A stretch of DNA of 64,000 nt. Origin: Rikenellaceae bacterium (GTDB lineage Bacteria > Bacteroidota > Bacteroidia > Bacteroidales > Rikenellaceae). The translations under genes were made by a program, and so were the position numbers. Below are positions 8,190-17,822 of this stretch, piece after piece. The notes under the pieces are model-generated. The model searched no databases and was not told the origin of the DNA. It worked only from the letters and a program-made list of their open reading frames with translations. Position 1 is the first letter of the stretch, and every line of letters begins with the position of its first letter. The stretch is from positions 10,026-74,025 of the forward strand of contig JAVBOL010000009.1 of the NCBI GenBank assembly GCA_031550615.1. Reading direction: 5' to 3'.

Positions 8190-10842
8190 ACTGCTTCGCC
8201 CGAGCCACTATCGAGTCGCCTTTGGCCGTCGCTTTGGCGACCAGGGCGTCGGCTTGTTTCTGGGCGGCGTTGAAGGCTGCCGTGGCGGCGGTTTGCGCCG
8301 CGATCTTTGCCAGGGGGTTGTTGGCCTTGGCGACCAGGGCGTCGTTTTGTTTCTGGACTTCCGACATCATGTTCTGTGCGGCCTTTTGTGCGGCGGCTAT
8401 CAGCTCGTCCCTTTGTTTCTGGGCGTCGGAGAGGTCTATGCCCAGTTTCTTGCCGACCTGGTCGAGGGCGGTGTTCACGGCGGTCTGGGTGGCCTGTGAG
8501 GCTATGTTTTTCATATCCAGGCTCACCTTCGGGGAGGTGAACGTGCCGCCGATCTTCAGGTTTACGCTCTGCACGGCGCCGCCTAAAAGGGCTGCCGCGG
8601 CGGGGGGCAGCTGCACTTTACCGACGTAGTCGATGCTTTGGTCCAGGGAAGTCACCCCGGAGAGGTTTATTGCGGCCTGACCCAATTTTATGTCGAACGG
8701 TTTGGTTTTGACCTTGCCTTCCTCTATTGTGAAATCGACCTTCATATCCTTGACTTTTTTGTCGGTTATGCCGCCTATTTTGGCAAGGTCGAGGATCTGG
8801 GATACCACCCCTATCTCGGAGAGGCTGACGTCTTTTGTCGAGATGCTTCCCGCGCCGTTCATGGTGGCCAGCACGGGCGAGAGCTCCTTGTCTAACTGTG
8901 TGGTCAGTTTCATCGTCCCGGAGTAGTTGCCGTTGAGCTTTTCGAACAGGGGTGCGATCTTCTGTATGGTCACGAACTCCTTGAACGTCCTGGAGAAGGA
9001 GAGGCCGCTCATCGCCAGGTCGGCGCTCAGGTCGGGATTCTCGACGCTCTTGGCGGTGGAGTAGTAGCCGTTCATTTTTACCGCTCCGCCCAGGGTGTTC
9101 ATGCTTAGGTTGGAAAGGTCGGCACGAGCGTCCTTAACGGTTATCCTGCCGCTCATATCGTCGATCTCCAGCCCGTCGAAGACCACCTTTTTCAGGGCGG
9201 CATTCACGCTCAGGTCGAGGTTGCGCGGCACTTCGATCACGCTCATAGGGGCGCTTTCGCCCTCTTCGGCTGTGGCGGTTTCCGGGCCCATCAGATCGCT
9301 GAGGTTCAGGTAGGAAGAACTCAGGTTCATCACCCCGCGCAGGGTCTGGTCCTTGAGCGCGTAGCCCATGTAGTTTTCCACACGGCAGTCCAGGGTCATA
9401 TCGTTGCGGCCTATGAGCACGCTGGTTTCGCTCAGGGAGAGGTAGCGGGGAGAGAATGTGAGCGTACTGCGCTTGATGTCCACGTCGGGGTTGCCGGCGG
9501 TTTTGAGCAGCATCCCGGTAAGGGTCACGCTGCCCGAGGTCGCGATAAGGTCGTACTGCTCCTTCTCGATGTAGGACATGCGCCCCTCCACCGAGGCGTC
9601 GGCTTTGACCACGCCTTTAAGGGAAACGCTGTCCAGGGGATAGACCTCGCCGATCATTCCCAGGTCGATCACCCCGTGCGCCGAGGCCTGGAATGCCGGG
9701 TCGCTCAGTGGCGAACTTACGGAGGCCTTCATGCTGAAGGGGTTGCCGGCTATGGTGAAGCTCAGGGGGTTGACCTCCACTTTGGTCAGGTCGGCGCTGC
9801 CGCCGGGATTGACTGCCGAGGCGGTTATGTTTATGCCGTCCACACCTTTGGGCAGGTCGGGGTAACGGAATGTGCCGTCGACCACCTTCATTCCCACTTC
9901 GAACGAAGGCAGATCGTCACCCTTCATCACCCCTTTGGCCGCACCTTGCAGCGAAACCTGGCCGGATGCTTTGACCGAGGCGAAATCCTTGGCGTAGATC
10001 GCCGGCACCAGAGAGAGGATATCCTTGAACTCGATTTTAGGGGTCGAGAACGTGAGGTCCATATCCGTCGCGTCGTCGTCGAGCAGCGCCACCCATCCCT
10101 CTATCGAGGCTTCAATGGCGTTCAGGCGCAGCGTGTTGCCGCGCAGCGTGTAGCGGTTGTTCTCCAGGTCGGCGTCTACGTCGGTGCGGACGGAGAAATC
10201 GGCGCCGTTTAGCCATGCGACACCTGCTGCCCGGGCCACGATACCCGAGGCGTCAGCCGTCAGGCGCAGGGTGCTGTGTGCGGCGCTCAGATCGCCCGAA
10301 AGCGTGGCGTCGAGGCCGGCCACCGAGGCGAAGACCTTGCCCACCCGGTCGTCATAGCTGAGCGAGAGGTTATTGACGGTCAGGTTGCGCAGCTTGATGC
10401 GGAAGTCGCCCGGGCTCTCCGCATCGGGGGATCCTTCCTCTTCCGATGGTTTCATTATATCCCAGTTCGCGGTGCTGTCCTCAAGCACTATGGCGTTGAG
10501 GTGTGCGTCGTCGAGGGCGATCTTCGAGATGTCGTACCCGTCGTCGCCCCAGAGCGAACTGAGGTCGAAAGCCACGGTCAGCCGTCCCACGCGCACGAGC
10601 GTGTCTTTTTCGAAGCGTCCGTTGCCCACGATATAGAAATCGCGCAGCGAGGCCGACGCCGAGGGGAAATGGCGCAGCAGCGAGAGCGAAAGCCCCCCGA
10701 AATCGAAGCGTGCGTCGATCATCTGGTTGCCCTGGCGCACGATGGCCTCTTTGATCTTGCCTTTGAAAGCGAAGGGCAACACGATAAGAAGTACAAGGAT
10801 CGCCGCAAGGACGATCGCACTGATTTTCAAAACTTTTTTCAT
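8188..10842 (-). CDS. AsmA family outer-membrane biogenesis protein
   Basis: 884 aa. N-terminal signal anchor, long beta-rich repetitive body, Ala/Gln-rich repeated C-terminus. Confidence 0.75.
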   Translation of the reverse strand: MKKVLKISAIVLAAILVLLIVLPFAFKGKIKEAIVRQGNQMIDARFDFGGLSLSLLRHFPSASASLRDFYIVGNGRFEKDTLVRVGRLTVAFDLSSLWGDDGYDISKIALDDAHLNAIVLEDSTANWDIMKPSEEEGSPDAESPGDFRIKLRNLTVNNLSLSYDDRVGKVFASVAGLDATLSGDLSAAHSTLRLTADASGIVARAAGVAWLNGADFSVRTDVDADLENNRYTLRGNTLRLNAIEASIEGWVALLDDDATDMDLTFSTPKIEFKDILSLVPAIYAKDFASVKASGQVSLQGAAKGVMKGDDLPSFEVGMKVVDGTFRYPDLPKGVDGINITASAVNPGGSADLTKVEVNPLSFTIAGNPFSMKASVSSPLSDPAFQASAHGVIDLGMIGEVYPLDSVSLKGVVKADASVEGRMSYIEKEQYDLIATSGSVTLTGMLLKTAGNPDVDIKRSTLTFSPRYLSLSETSVLIGRNDMTLDCRVENYMGYALKDQTLRGVMNLSSSYLNLSDLMGPETATAEEGESAPMSVIEVPRNLDLSVNAALKKVVFDGLEIDDMSGRITVKDARADLSNLSMNTLGGAVKMNGYYSTAKSVENPDLSADLAMSGLSFSRTFKEFVTIQKIAPLFEKLNGNYSGTMKLTTQLDKELSPVLATMNGAGSISTKDVSLSEIGVVSQILDLAKIGGITDKKVKDMKVDFTIEEGKVKTKPFDIKLGQAAINLSGVTSLDQSIDYVGKVQLPPAAAALLGGAVQSVNLKIGGTFTSPKVSLDMKNIASQATQTAVNTALDQVGKKLGIDLSDAQKQRDELIAAAQKAAQNMMSEVQKQNDALVAKANNPLAKIAAQTAATAAFNAAQKQADALVAKATAKGDSIVARAKQ

Positions 10843-10979
10843 AGTCGTAAATTTTTGAAATCAATAACACCCGACAACGCCGCTGTGCATCGCGTGTGTC
10901 AGATTTAGTCTATCGTCTGAGCATCAAACCGGAGCAGCCTTGCGGCTGTGAGGATTTGAGCGCAAGAGGATGGGCTAAA

Positions 10980-11005
10980 GATGGCGTGCGCTATGCGCAG
11001 CCATC
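10980..11005 (-). terminator. Possible terminator hairpin
   Basis: Minus strand GATGGCTGCGC-ATA-GCGCA(C)GCCATC followed by TTTA, just downstream of the stop at 11020. Confidence 0.35.
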
Positions 11006-11019
11006 CCAAGAGCGACGAC

Positions 11020-11709
11020 CTATATATCGTCTATGCAGAAATCATAGCCCAGGCGCTTGCCCGTCTCCAGCTTTGAGCCTTCGAATTTGGTGTTCAGGTC
11101 TTCGACCTGCACTTTTTTCACCATGTCGTATGGAGGCACCAGCAGGTCGAAGTCCAGGGCGTAACTTACTGCGCTGCCGATTATTTCAAGTATCGCGCCA
11201 CGGTCGAGTATTTCGCTGCCGAAACCGTCGAGGTGCACCCCGCTCTGGCGTTTGCCCTCGACGAAGTAGTGCATGCGGCGGTTCACGAACACGCGCCCTA
11301 TAAGGTAGCCCTCGTCGCCGCCGCGGTTGTACTTGAACGAGTCGGCAAGGAAGTTATAGATATTGATAACCCCGCAGTAGGCGTTGTCGGGGTCTTCGGC
11401 AACGTAGGGCGTGTTCCAGACCTGGTTGCCGCGGTCGAAACAGAAAACGTTGGTGTGCATCGTGAAGATGAGCACGTCGCCGGCCACTTGCAGTTGGGCT
11501 TCGAATTTTCCCCGGTCGCGGTACTCGATGCGTATGCGCTTGTCGAGTTTTTCGTCGAGTTGCTCGTCGAGTTCTGCGGAGAATTCGTGCAGCAGTTCCT
11601 TGAGCAGGTTGAACGCCCCGAAGGTGTTGTCCCACACTAATTGCTGCATGTTGGCTTTTTGCGTCAGCCTGGCTGCGAGGGGACTTCGGCCCCCTTCTTC
11701 GTTTTCCAT
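11020..11709 (-). CDS. Conserved hypothetical protein
   Basis: 229-aa ORF with coding-like composition. Lies between the glucosaminidase and asmA genes on the same strand. No motif recognised. Confidence 0.65.
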   Translation of the reverse strand: MENEEGGRSPLAARLTQKANMQQLVWDNTFGAFNLLKELLHEFSAELDEQLDEKLDKRIRIEYRDRGKFEAQLQVAGDVLIFTMHTNVFCFDRGNQVWNTPYVAEDPDNAYCGVINIYNFLADSFKYNRGGDEGYLIGRVFVNRRMHYFVEGKRQSGVHLDGFGSEILDRGAILEIIGSAVSYALDFDLLVPPYDMVKKVQVEDLNTKFEGSKLETGKRLGYDFCIDDI

Positions 11710-11719
11710 AAAGGGTTTT

Positions 11720-12712
11720 TTACATTAGACGTATTTGCTGCCCGGCCACCAGGACCCCGTCCGCGGGACGGTGGTTCATCGAGGCCAGGGAGCGTAGGCG
11801 TATGCCGTACTGTTGTGAAAGCGAGTGCATCGTGTCGCCCGTCTGCACCACGTGTATCAATTTGCCGTTGTTGGCGCGGCGGGCTTTAGGCTTTATGTAG
11901 ACCATCTCTCCCGGTCGGGGTTCCTGGTCGCCTGTCAGGTCGTTGCACCGGCGCAGGCGTGCGGCGGAGGTTCCCACCTGTTTGGCCAGCTGTTCGAAAG
12001 TGTCGCCCCGGGCGGCCACGATGAATTCGCTGCCGTTGTTCAGGTAGACCTGGTAGCCGCCCAGAGTCTGCATCGAAACGGTGTAGTTGTCCACGTCGAC
12101 GCTTGCACCGGCAGGTTTCCATTCGCCCCAGTGTATGGGCTCGGCGGCCTGTTTGCGCTCCTCGGCGACGGTCGCGGGCGACGACTCGACGTCGTCGAGC
12201 AGGAAGAGCTTATTGTCCTCGATCACCTTTATCAGCGCCAGGGCGTAAGCGGGGTTGGTGGCGTATCCGGCGGCTTTCAGCCCGTAGGCCCAGCCCTGGT
12301 AGTCGGTCACGGCGAGTTTGAACAGCCCGGCGTAGCGCGGCGAATTGAGCAAAAACAGCGAGTGGTCGCGGTAGGACTCCTCCGCCGAAGGGTACGAGCG
12401 AAAGCACTCCCCCTTGGCGTCGTCGTCGTGGGTGATCGTCTGCCCCTGCCAGTCGTTGCGGCACTTGATGCCGAAGTGGTTGTTGGCCTCGCGCGCCAGG
12501 CGGCTGTTGCCGTTGTCCGATTCGAACAGGCCCTGCGCCATGGTGATGCTCGCCGGGATGCCATACAGGTCGCGCTCGGCGATGGCCATCGCGCGGTAGC
12601 GGTCGATGTATTGCTGGCGGGTTATTTTATCCTGCCCCTGCGCATTACCCCACGCCACAAGGGCGAGAAGTGCGGCCAGGCAGGTTTTCCGACAATTATA
12701 TAACATTCGCAT
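11720..12712 (-). CDS. Glucosaminidase-domain protein with LysM domains
   Basis: GIPASITMAQGLFESDNGNSRLAREANNHFGIKC glucosaminidase motif and two C-terminal LysM-like repeats. Start moved to ATG 12712, downstream of the promoter box. Confidence 0.8.
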   Translation of the reverse strand: MRMLYNCRKTCLAALLALVAWGNAQGQDKITRQQYIDRYRAMAIAERDLYGIPASITMAQGLFESDNGNSRLAREANNHFGIKCRNDWQGQTITHDDDAKGECFRSYPSAEESYRDHSLFLLNSPRYAGLFKLAVTDYQGWAYGLKAAGYATNPAYALALIKVIEDNKLFLLDDVESSPATVAEERKQAAEPIHWGEWKPAGASVDVDNYTVSMQTLGGYQVYLNNGSEFIVAARGDTFEQLAKQVGTSAARLRRCNDLTGDQEPRPGEMVYIKPKARRANNGKLIHVVQTGDTMHSLSQQYGIRLRSLASMNHRPADGVLVAGQQIRLM

Positions 12713-12718
12713 AGACAG

Positions 12719-12726
12719 CAAAGATA
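12719..12726 (-). promoter_or_regulatory. -7 promoter box (TATCTTTG, minus strand)
   Basis: CAAAGATA on the plus strand, 6 nt upstream of ATG 12712. Confidence 0.45.
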
Positions 12727-12756
12727 AAGATTTATTGCAATTCAAACAAAAAAACT

Positions 12757-12764
12757 TAGCTTTG
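12757..12764 (+). promoter_or_regulatory. -7 promoter box (TAGCTTTG)
   Basis: About 27 nt upstream of ATG 12791. Confidence 0.5.
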
Positions 12765-12790
12765 CATTACTCCATAGCAAACCGTAAATT

Positions 12791-13393
12791 ATGTTCACCG
12801 GAAAAGCCAACGAAATATTCGGCCGCGCGATAGCCGATTACCACCGACACGACAACGTCGACCAACCCATTGCCAACCCCTATCCCGCGGGCTCGTTCGA
12901 TGCGCTGCTCTACCACAAATGCTGGATCGACACCGTGCAGTGGCACTTCGAGGACATCATCCGCGACCCCAACATCGACCCCGTCGAGGCGCTGAAACTC
13001 AAGCGCCGCATCGACGCTTCCAACCAGGAGCGCACCGACATGGTCGAGTATATCGACAGCTACTTCCTCGAAAAATTCAAGGACGTGCAGATGCATCCCG
13101 GGGCGAAGATCAACACCGAAACCCCGGCGTGGGCTTTCGACCGCCTGTCGATCCTCGCCCTGAAGATATGGCACATGAGGGCCGAGGCCGAGCGCACCGA
13201 CGTGAGCGAGGAGCACCGCGCCGCATGCCAAAAGAAACTCGAGGTGCTGCTCACCCAGCGCGTAGACCTTTCGACCGCCATCGAGGAGCTCCTGGAAGAC
13301 CTGGCGCAGGGACGCAAGTGGATGAAGGTCTACAAGCAGATGAAGATGTATAACGACCCGGCCCTGAACCCGGTGCTCTATAAAAAGCAGTAA
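12791..13393 (+). CDS. DUF4254 domain protein
   Basis: 200 aa. YHKCWIDTVQWHFEDII region. Typical partner gene upstream of a GT9 heptosyltransferase in Bacteroidetes (from memory). Confidence 0.7.
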   Translation: MFTGKANEIFGRAIADYHRHDNVDQPIANPYPAGSFDALLYHKCWIDTVQWHFEDIIRDPNIDPVEALKLKRRIDASNQERTDMVEYIDSYFLEKFKDVQMHPGAKINTETPAWAFDRLSILALKIWHMRAEAERTDVSEEHRAACQKKLEVLLTQRVDLSTAIEELLEDLAQGRKWMKVYKQMKMYNDPALNPVLYKKQ

Positions 13394-14428
13394 TTGCGCA
13401 AACCCCGACACATACTCGTAATACGGCTCTCGGCGATGGGTGACGTGGCGATGACCGTGCCGGTGGTCGCCCGCCTTAGGAAAGATTACCCCGAGGTGCG
13501 CATCACGGTGCTCACGCGAGGCCGTTTCGCCGTGTTTTTCCGCGACATACCCCGCATCGAGTTTTTCACCCCGGACCTGGACGGCCACCACGGCAGTCTG
13601 CCTGGATTGCTGCGCCTTGCGCGCGACCTGTACAAATTGGGCGTGGACGCGGTGGCCGACCTGCACGACGTGCTGCGCACGCAGGTGGTGCGCACGCTGC
13701 TCGGCCTTATGGGCGTACGCGTGGCGGTGATCGACAAGGGACGTTTTGAAAAGAGGATGCTCACCCGCCGTTTCCGCAAGATGCGCCAGCAGCTCACGCC
13801 CTCCGTGGAGCGTTATCGCGAGGTCTTCGCCCGGCTGTGCATGCCCCTGGGCGAACTCAGCGCCCCGGTGCGCAACCCGGCGCCCCTGTCTGAAAAGGCC
13901 GTAGCCCTGGCCGGCGCTAAGACCGGCGTATGGGTGGGTGTGGCCCCGTTTGCGCAGCACCGCGGCAAGGTCTATCCGACCATCCTCTCAGATGCGCTCA
14001 TAGGGCTTCTGGCCGAGCGCTACCAGCGCGTGTTCGTCTTTGGCGGGGGCCGCCACGAACTCGACTTCGGCGAGTGCATGCAGGGACGCTACGATAACGT
14101 GACCTCGGTCGTGGGAAAGCTGCCGCTGGAAGACGAGCTGGACCTTATATCCAACATAGACTGCATGGTCACCATGGATTCTGCCTCGATGCACATGGCC
14201 TCGCTGGTCGCCACCCCCGTAGTGTCGGTGTGGGGCGCCACGCACCCTTTCGCCGGGTTCTACGGCTTCGGGCAGGACCAGGCCAACGCCGTGCAGCTGG
14301 ATATGGATTGCCGTCCTTGCTCGGTCTACGGCAACCGCCCCTGCCAATTCGGCGATTACCGCTGCATGGAGCGCATACCGCCCGCCACCATCGCCGCGCA
14401 GGTGGCAAAGGTGGTCGGAAGGAAATAG
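13394..14428 (+). CDS. Glycosyltransferase family 9 (heptosyltransferase-like)
   Basis: ILVIRLSAMGDVAM N-terminus is typical of GT9. TTG start abuts the upstream TAA. Confidence 0.82.
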   Translation: MRKPRHILVIRLSAMGDVAMTVPVVARLRKDYPEVRITVLTRGRFAVFFRDIPRIEFFTPDLDGHHGSLPGLLRLARDLYKLGVDAVADLHDVLRTQVVRTLLGLMGVRVAVIDKGRFEKRMLTRRFRKMRQQLTPSVERYREVFARLCMPLGELSAPVRNPAPLSEKAVALAGAKTGVWVGVAPFAQHRGKVYPTILSDALIGLLAERYQRVFVFGGGRHELDFGECMQGRYDNVTSVVGKLPLEDELDLISNIDCMVTMDSASMHMASLVATPVVSVWGATHPFAGFYGFGQDQANAVQLDMDCRPCSVYGNRPCQFGDYRCMERIPPATIAAQVAKVVGRK

Positions 14429-14429
14429 A

Positions 14430-14451
14430 AAAGGAGGCGCAAGCCTCCTTT
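14430..14451. terminator. Hairpin terminator between convergent genes
   Basis: AAAGGAGGC-GCAA-GCCTCCTTT. Confidence 0.6.
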
Positions 14452-14455
14452 CTCT

Positions 14456-15466
14456 TTACTCCCCGAAGAACTCGGCCAGGGATTTCCTGTAATGCTCTAT
14501 GGTCTGGGGCATGGTCATAAACGACTTGCCTCCCGAGGCGTTGCGGTGCCCGCCGCCGTTGAAGAAGCGGCGTGCGAAATCATTCACGTCCACGTCGCCC
14601 TTCGAGCGCAGCGAAACGCGGATGAACTGCCGCGTGCTAACGAACATAGCCGACATACCGACGCTGCCTATCGCAAGGGGCAGGTTGACGATCCCCTCGG
14701 TGTCGCCCATCTGGAAGTTGAATTTTCGCAACTCGGCCTCCGTGAGCGAGATATATGCGGCGTTATAGGGCTCGACGATCTCCATTTTGCGGAAGAGCGA
14801 ATACCCGACCAGGCGCATGCGCCCCTCGGAGTAGCTGTTGTATACCGACGAGTTGATGCGCGGGATGTCGATCCCCTTTTCGACCAGCACGGCCACGGCG
14901 CGGAACAGGTCGGGGGAGAGATTCGAGAACGAGAAGTTGCCCGTGTCGGTCATCATGCCCACGTATAGCGACTCGCCCATCGCGGCGTCGATGGCCCCGG
15001 TGCCGTAGAGCGCGGCGATCATTTCGTATATCAGGTAGCAGGTCGAGCTGGCAGCTGTGTCGGAGAGCACCACGTCGAAATTTTCGTCGGGTTGCAGGTG
15101 GTGGTCAATGAGCACCCTTTGCGCGGTGGTGTTGGCCTCCAGTACGGGAGCGAGCGCCTCCAGGCGCGAGGGGTGGTTGAAGTCGACGCACACGATCACC
15201 TCGGCTTCTGCTATGCGCGCGGCGACCTGCTCTGTGGCCGTTTTGTAGACCATCATGCGCGGGGCGTCGCTCATCCAGGAGAGGAACGCCGGGAAACGGT
15301 TGGGCACGGCGCACGTCACCGAGTGGCCGAGGCCGTCGAGCAACCGCGCCAGGGCGAGCGACGAACCTACGGCGTCGCCGTCCGGGTTATTGTGCGAGAG
15401 CACCGCTATGCGGCGCGGCGGGCCGGAAAATATATCTTTGAGGGCGGATGCGGTTTGCTGGGTCAT
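14456..15466 (-). CDS. nrnA: DHH/DHHA1 phosphoesterase (NrnA-like oligoribonuclease/pAp phosphatase)
   Basis: HNNPDGDAVGS and DHH motifs. C-terminal GGGH DHHA1 motif. Confidence 0.82.
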   Translation of the reverse strand: MTQQTASALKDIFSGPPRRIAVLSHNNPDGDAVGSSLALARLLDGLGHSVTCAVPNRFPAFLSWMSDAPRMMVYKTATEQVAARIAEAEVIVCVDFNHPSRLEALAPVLEANTTAQRVLIDHHLQPDENFDVVLSDTAASSTCYLIYEMIAALYGTGAIDAAMGESLYVGMMTDTGNFSFSNLSPDLFRAVAVLVEKGIDIPRINSSVYNSYSEGRMRLVGYSLFRKMEIVEPYNAAYISLTEAELRKFNFQMGDTEGIVNLPLAIGSVGMSAMFVSTRQFIRVSLRSKGDVDVNDFARRFFNGGGHRNASGGKSFMTMPQTIEHYRKSLAEFFGE

Positions 15467-15472
15467 TCGGCG

Positions 15473-17125
15473 TTATTTGATCGGTGGGAAATCTTTATAT
15501 ATGTCGGGGAACTGTACCATCCCCGATGGACGACGGATCGCAGGTGCGGAGAAATTCCCCGACGAGCGCGACACGATCCTGGTGGGTTTCGGTGCGGTGG
15601 CTACCCTTTGTGGAGCGGAGAAAACCCCGTTGTCTATATGGTGGAGCGCCAGCGAAAGCATCGGCTCGTCCTCTTCGCCCAGGTCAGGCATCAGGTCTAC
15701 GCGGTCCTCTTCATATATTTCGTAATCGGGGGAAAATCCTTCGTCGGGGACGTAGAGATCGCCCCTGGCGTTATAGCAGATGAACGTAATCGGCGCCAGG
15801 GTGAACTGGTAGCTCTTACCGCCGAATTTGAATATGCCCTTGTCGGTGACCACCGAAGGGCGGTACTCGTTGCTCAGGTAATCCGCGCCGACATTCTTGC
15901 CGGTTGTTCGGGCGCCTATGTTTATCACCTGCACGCCGACCCCTTTCAGGCAGCCCATAACCAACTCGGATGACGAGGCGGTACGTTCCGAAGAGAGCAC
16001 GTAAAGCCTCTCCAGGTCGAGGTTGGCCCCGGCGGTTGTGCCGAACACCGATGCGTTCATCTGGTTCACGGGCAGGAAATTCAATACATAGTCGCTCCCG
16101 CCATAGTACCGGCTCTTTACCAGGGAGTTGCGCTTTTCGGTCATCATCAGTCTTCCCGATTCCGCCGCCGGGGCCAGCATGCTGGTCAGCAGCCACGCCA
16201 CGTTGGTGTCCCCGCCGCCGTTATATCGCAGATCGAGGATCACCTCTTTGACGTTCTGTCCCTTCCAGCCGGCGATGATCGCTTTGAGCTCGTTGCTGTA
16301 TGTTTTGTCGGTGAACTCAGGGAAACCGGACACGAAGCGCTGATAGGCCAGATACCCGATCTTATCGCCATTGGCGGCAGTTAAGACCTTGCTCAGCAAC
16401 ACCGGATTGGGGTCTTTGCTCTGCGGGGCCAGGGTTATCGTCGGGGATATCGATTCGTAGTCATAGACAGGCTCGTTCGTGTCGTTGATCCTGCCTATCA
16501 GGGTCGGACGTATGACGCGCACGGTGACCTGCCCCGCCTGTTGTCCGGTTTGCGATTCGGGCAGCAGCAGGGGGTAGAGCGAAAAAATGTTCTCGTATGT
16601 AATGTCCTGGCCGTTTATGGTAAAGATCATATCGCCCCTTTTGAGTTTTCCGTCTGCGGTCGACCCGGGTACTACGTAAAGCACCATACAGTATACCCGC
16701 CGGGAGGCGGTCATCGTCCCCTTGTTGATGAACCAGGGTACCGGGAAAGAAAAATCGAAACCGAAATCTTTTTCGGGCGTCTCCGAGGCGTTGACGCTGA
16801 TCGCACCGCTTTTCACCTTTATCACCTCGTCACGGAAAACCCGTGAATAGTAATGGTACGTGTCGCCGGTCGGGTAGCCGTCGTTACGCGCCGGGGAGCG
16901 GGAAAGCAGACTCTCGAAGAACTCATTGTAGCCAAGGTCGTAGTCGCGTGTTTTACCCGTCATGTCTTCCCGCCACAGGTACCAGTCGCTGAGGTATTTG
17001 TCTATCCACTCATTGGCGGCGACGGTCGATTCGGAGTCGTCTCCGGAGTCGGGACCGGTAGCGGGCTCCTTGACGCACGATGCCAGCGCCAGAAGGGCTA
17101 TTATATATAAAAGGCTTTTTTTCAT
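15473..17125 (-). CDS. S41 family peptidase lipoprotein
   Basis: ATG at 17125 (MKKSLLYIIALLALASC lipobox). LDLRYNGGGD S41 motif. Confidence 0.8.
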   Translation of the reverse strand: MKKSLLYIIALLALASCVKEPATGPDSGDDSESTVAANEWIDKYLSDWYLWREDMTGKTRDYDLGYNEFFESLLSRSPARNDGYPTGDTYHYYSRVFRDEVIKVKSGAISVNASETPEKDFGFDFSFPVPWFINKGTMTASRRVYCMVLYVVPGSTADGKLKRGDMIFTINGQDITYENIFSLYPLLLPESQTGQQAGQVTVRVIRPTLIGRINDTNEPVYDYESISPTITLAPQSKDPNPVLLSKVLTAANGDKIGYLAYQRFVSGFPEFTDKTYSNELKAIIAGWKGQNVKEVILDLRYNGGGDTNVAWLLTSMLAPAAESGRLMMTEKRNSLVKSRYYGGSDYVLNFLPVNQMNASVFGTTAGANLDLERLYVLSSERTASSSELVMGCLKGVGVQVINIGARTTGKNVGADYLSNEYRPSVVTDKGIFKFGGKSYQFTLAPITFICYNARGDLYVPDEGFSPDYEIYEEDRVDLMPDLGEEDEPMLSLALHHIDNGVFSAPQRVATAPKPTRIVSRSSGNFSAPAIRRPSGMVQFPDIYKDFPPIK

Positions 17126-17180
17126 ACGGTCGTTTAACCTCATAAACGACAAAGATACAAAAATAGTGGGCGGCCACCCA

Positions 17181-17822
17181 CTATTTTCCCTCATTTTTTG
17201 ACTTGTATGCGCACCAGGGCTTAATTCCGCATTCGAAGCACCTGGGTTTTCGCGCCTGGCAGACGTAGCGCCCGTGAAGTATCAGCCAGTGGTGCGCCAC
17301 GGGCAGCAGCCGGTGGGGGATATGCGCGGTGAGCTGGTCCTCGACCTGGCGCGGGGTTTTCCCCTTTGCCAGCCCTATGCGGTTGGCGACCCGAAATACG
17401 TGCGTGTCCACGGGCATCACTTCGCCCCCGAAGGCCACCGCCGCGACCACGTTGGCGGTCTTGCGTCCCACGCCGGGCAATTTTTGCAACTCGTCCACCT
17501 CGCCCGGCACCACCCCACCGAAGTCGCGCACCAGCGCCGCCGCCATGCCGTGCAGGTTTTTGGCTTTGTTATTCGGGTACGAAATGCTTTTGATATATGG
17601 GTAAATCTCTTCGGGGGAGGCGTCGGCCATGGACTGCGGCGTCGGGAAACGCTCCAGCAGCGCCGGGGTGGTCATGTTGACCCTCTTGTCCGTGCATTGC
17701 GCAGAGAGGATCACCGCCACGATCAGCTCGTAGGGGGTTTTGTATTGCAATTCCGATCCGGCCTCGGGCATATTGGCCGTGAACCACGCGATGACGCCGT
17801 CGTATCTCTCCTTTAAGGTCAT
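17181..17822 (-). CDS. nth: Endonuclease III
   Basis: HhH-GPD motif LPGVGRKTANVV. C-terminal Cys cluster C-x6-C-x2-C-x5-C. Confidence 0.92.
   Translation of the reverse strand: MTLKERYDGVIAWFTANMPEAGSELQYKTPYELIVAVILSAQCTDKRVNMTTPALLERFPTPQSMADASPEEIYPYIKSISYPNNKAKNLHGMAAALVRDFGGVVPGEVDELQKLPGVGRKTANVVAAVAFGGEVMPVDTHVFRVANRIGLAKGKTPRQVEDQLTAHIPHRLLPVAHHWLILHGRYVCQARKPRCFECGIKPWCAYKSKNEGK

Noticed and set aside
12767-13960. 397-aa ORF on the minus strand.
   Set aside because: It spans two real plus-strand genes (DUF4254 and the GT9 glycosyltransferase) and the junction between them. The product is His/Arg/Gly-rich artefactual sequence.
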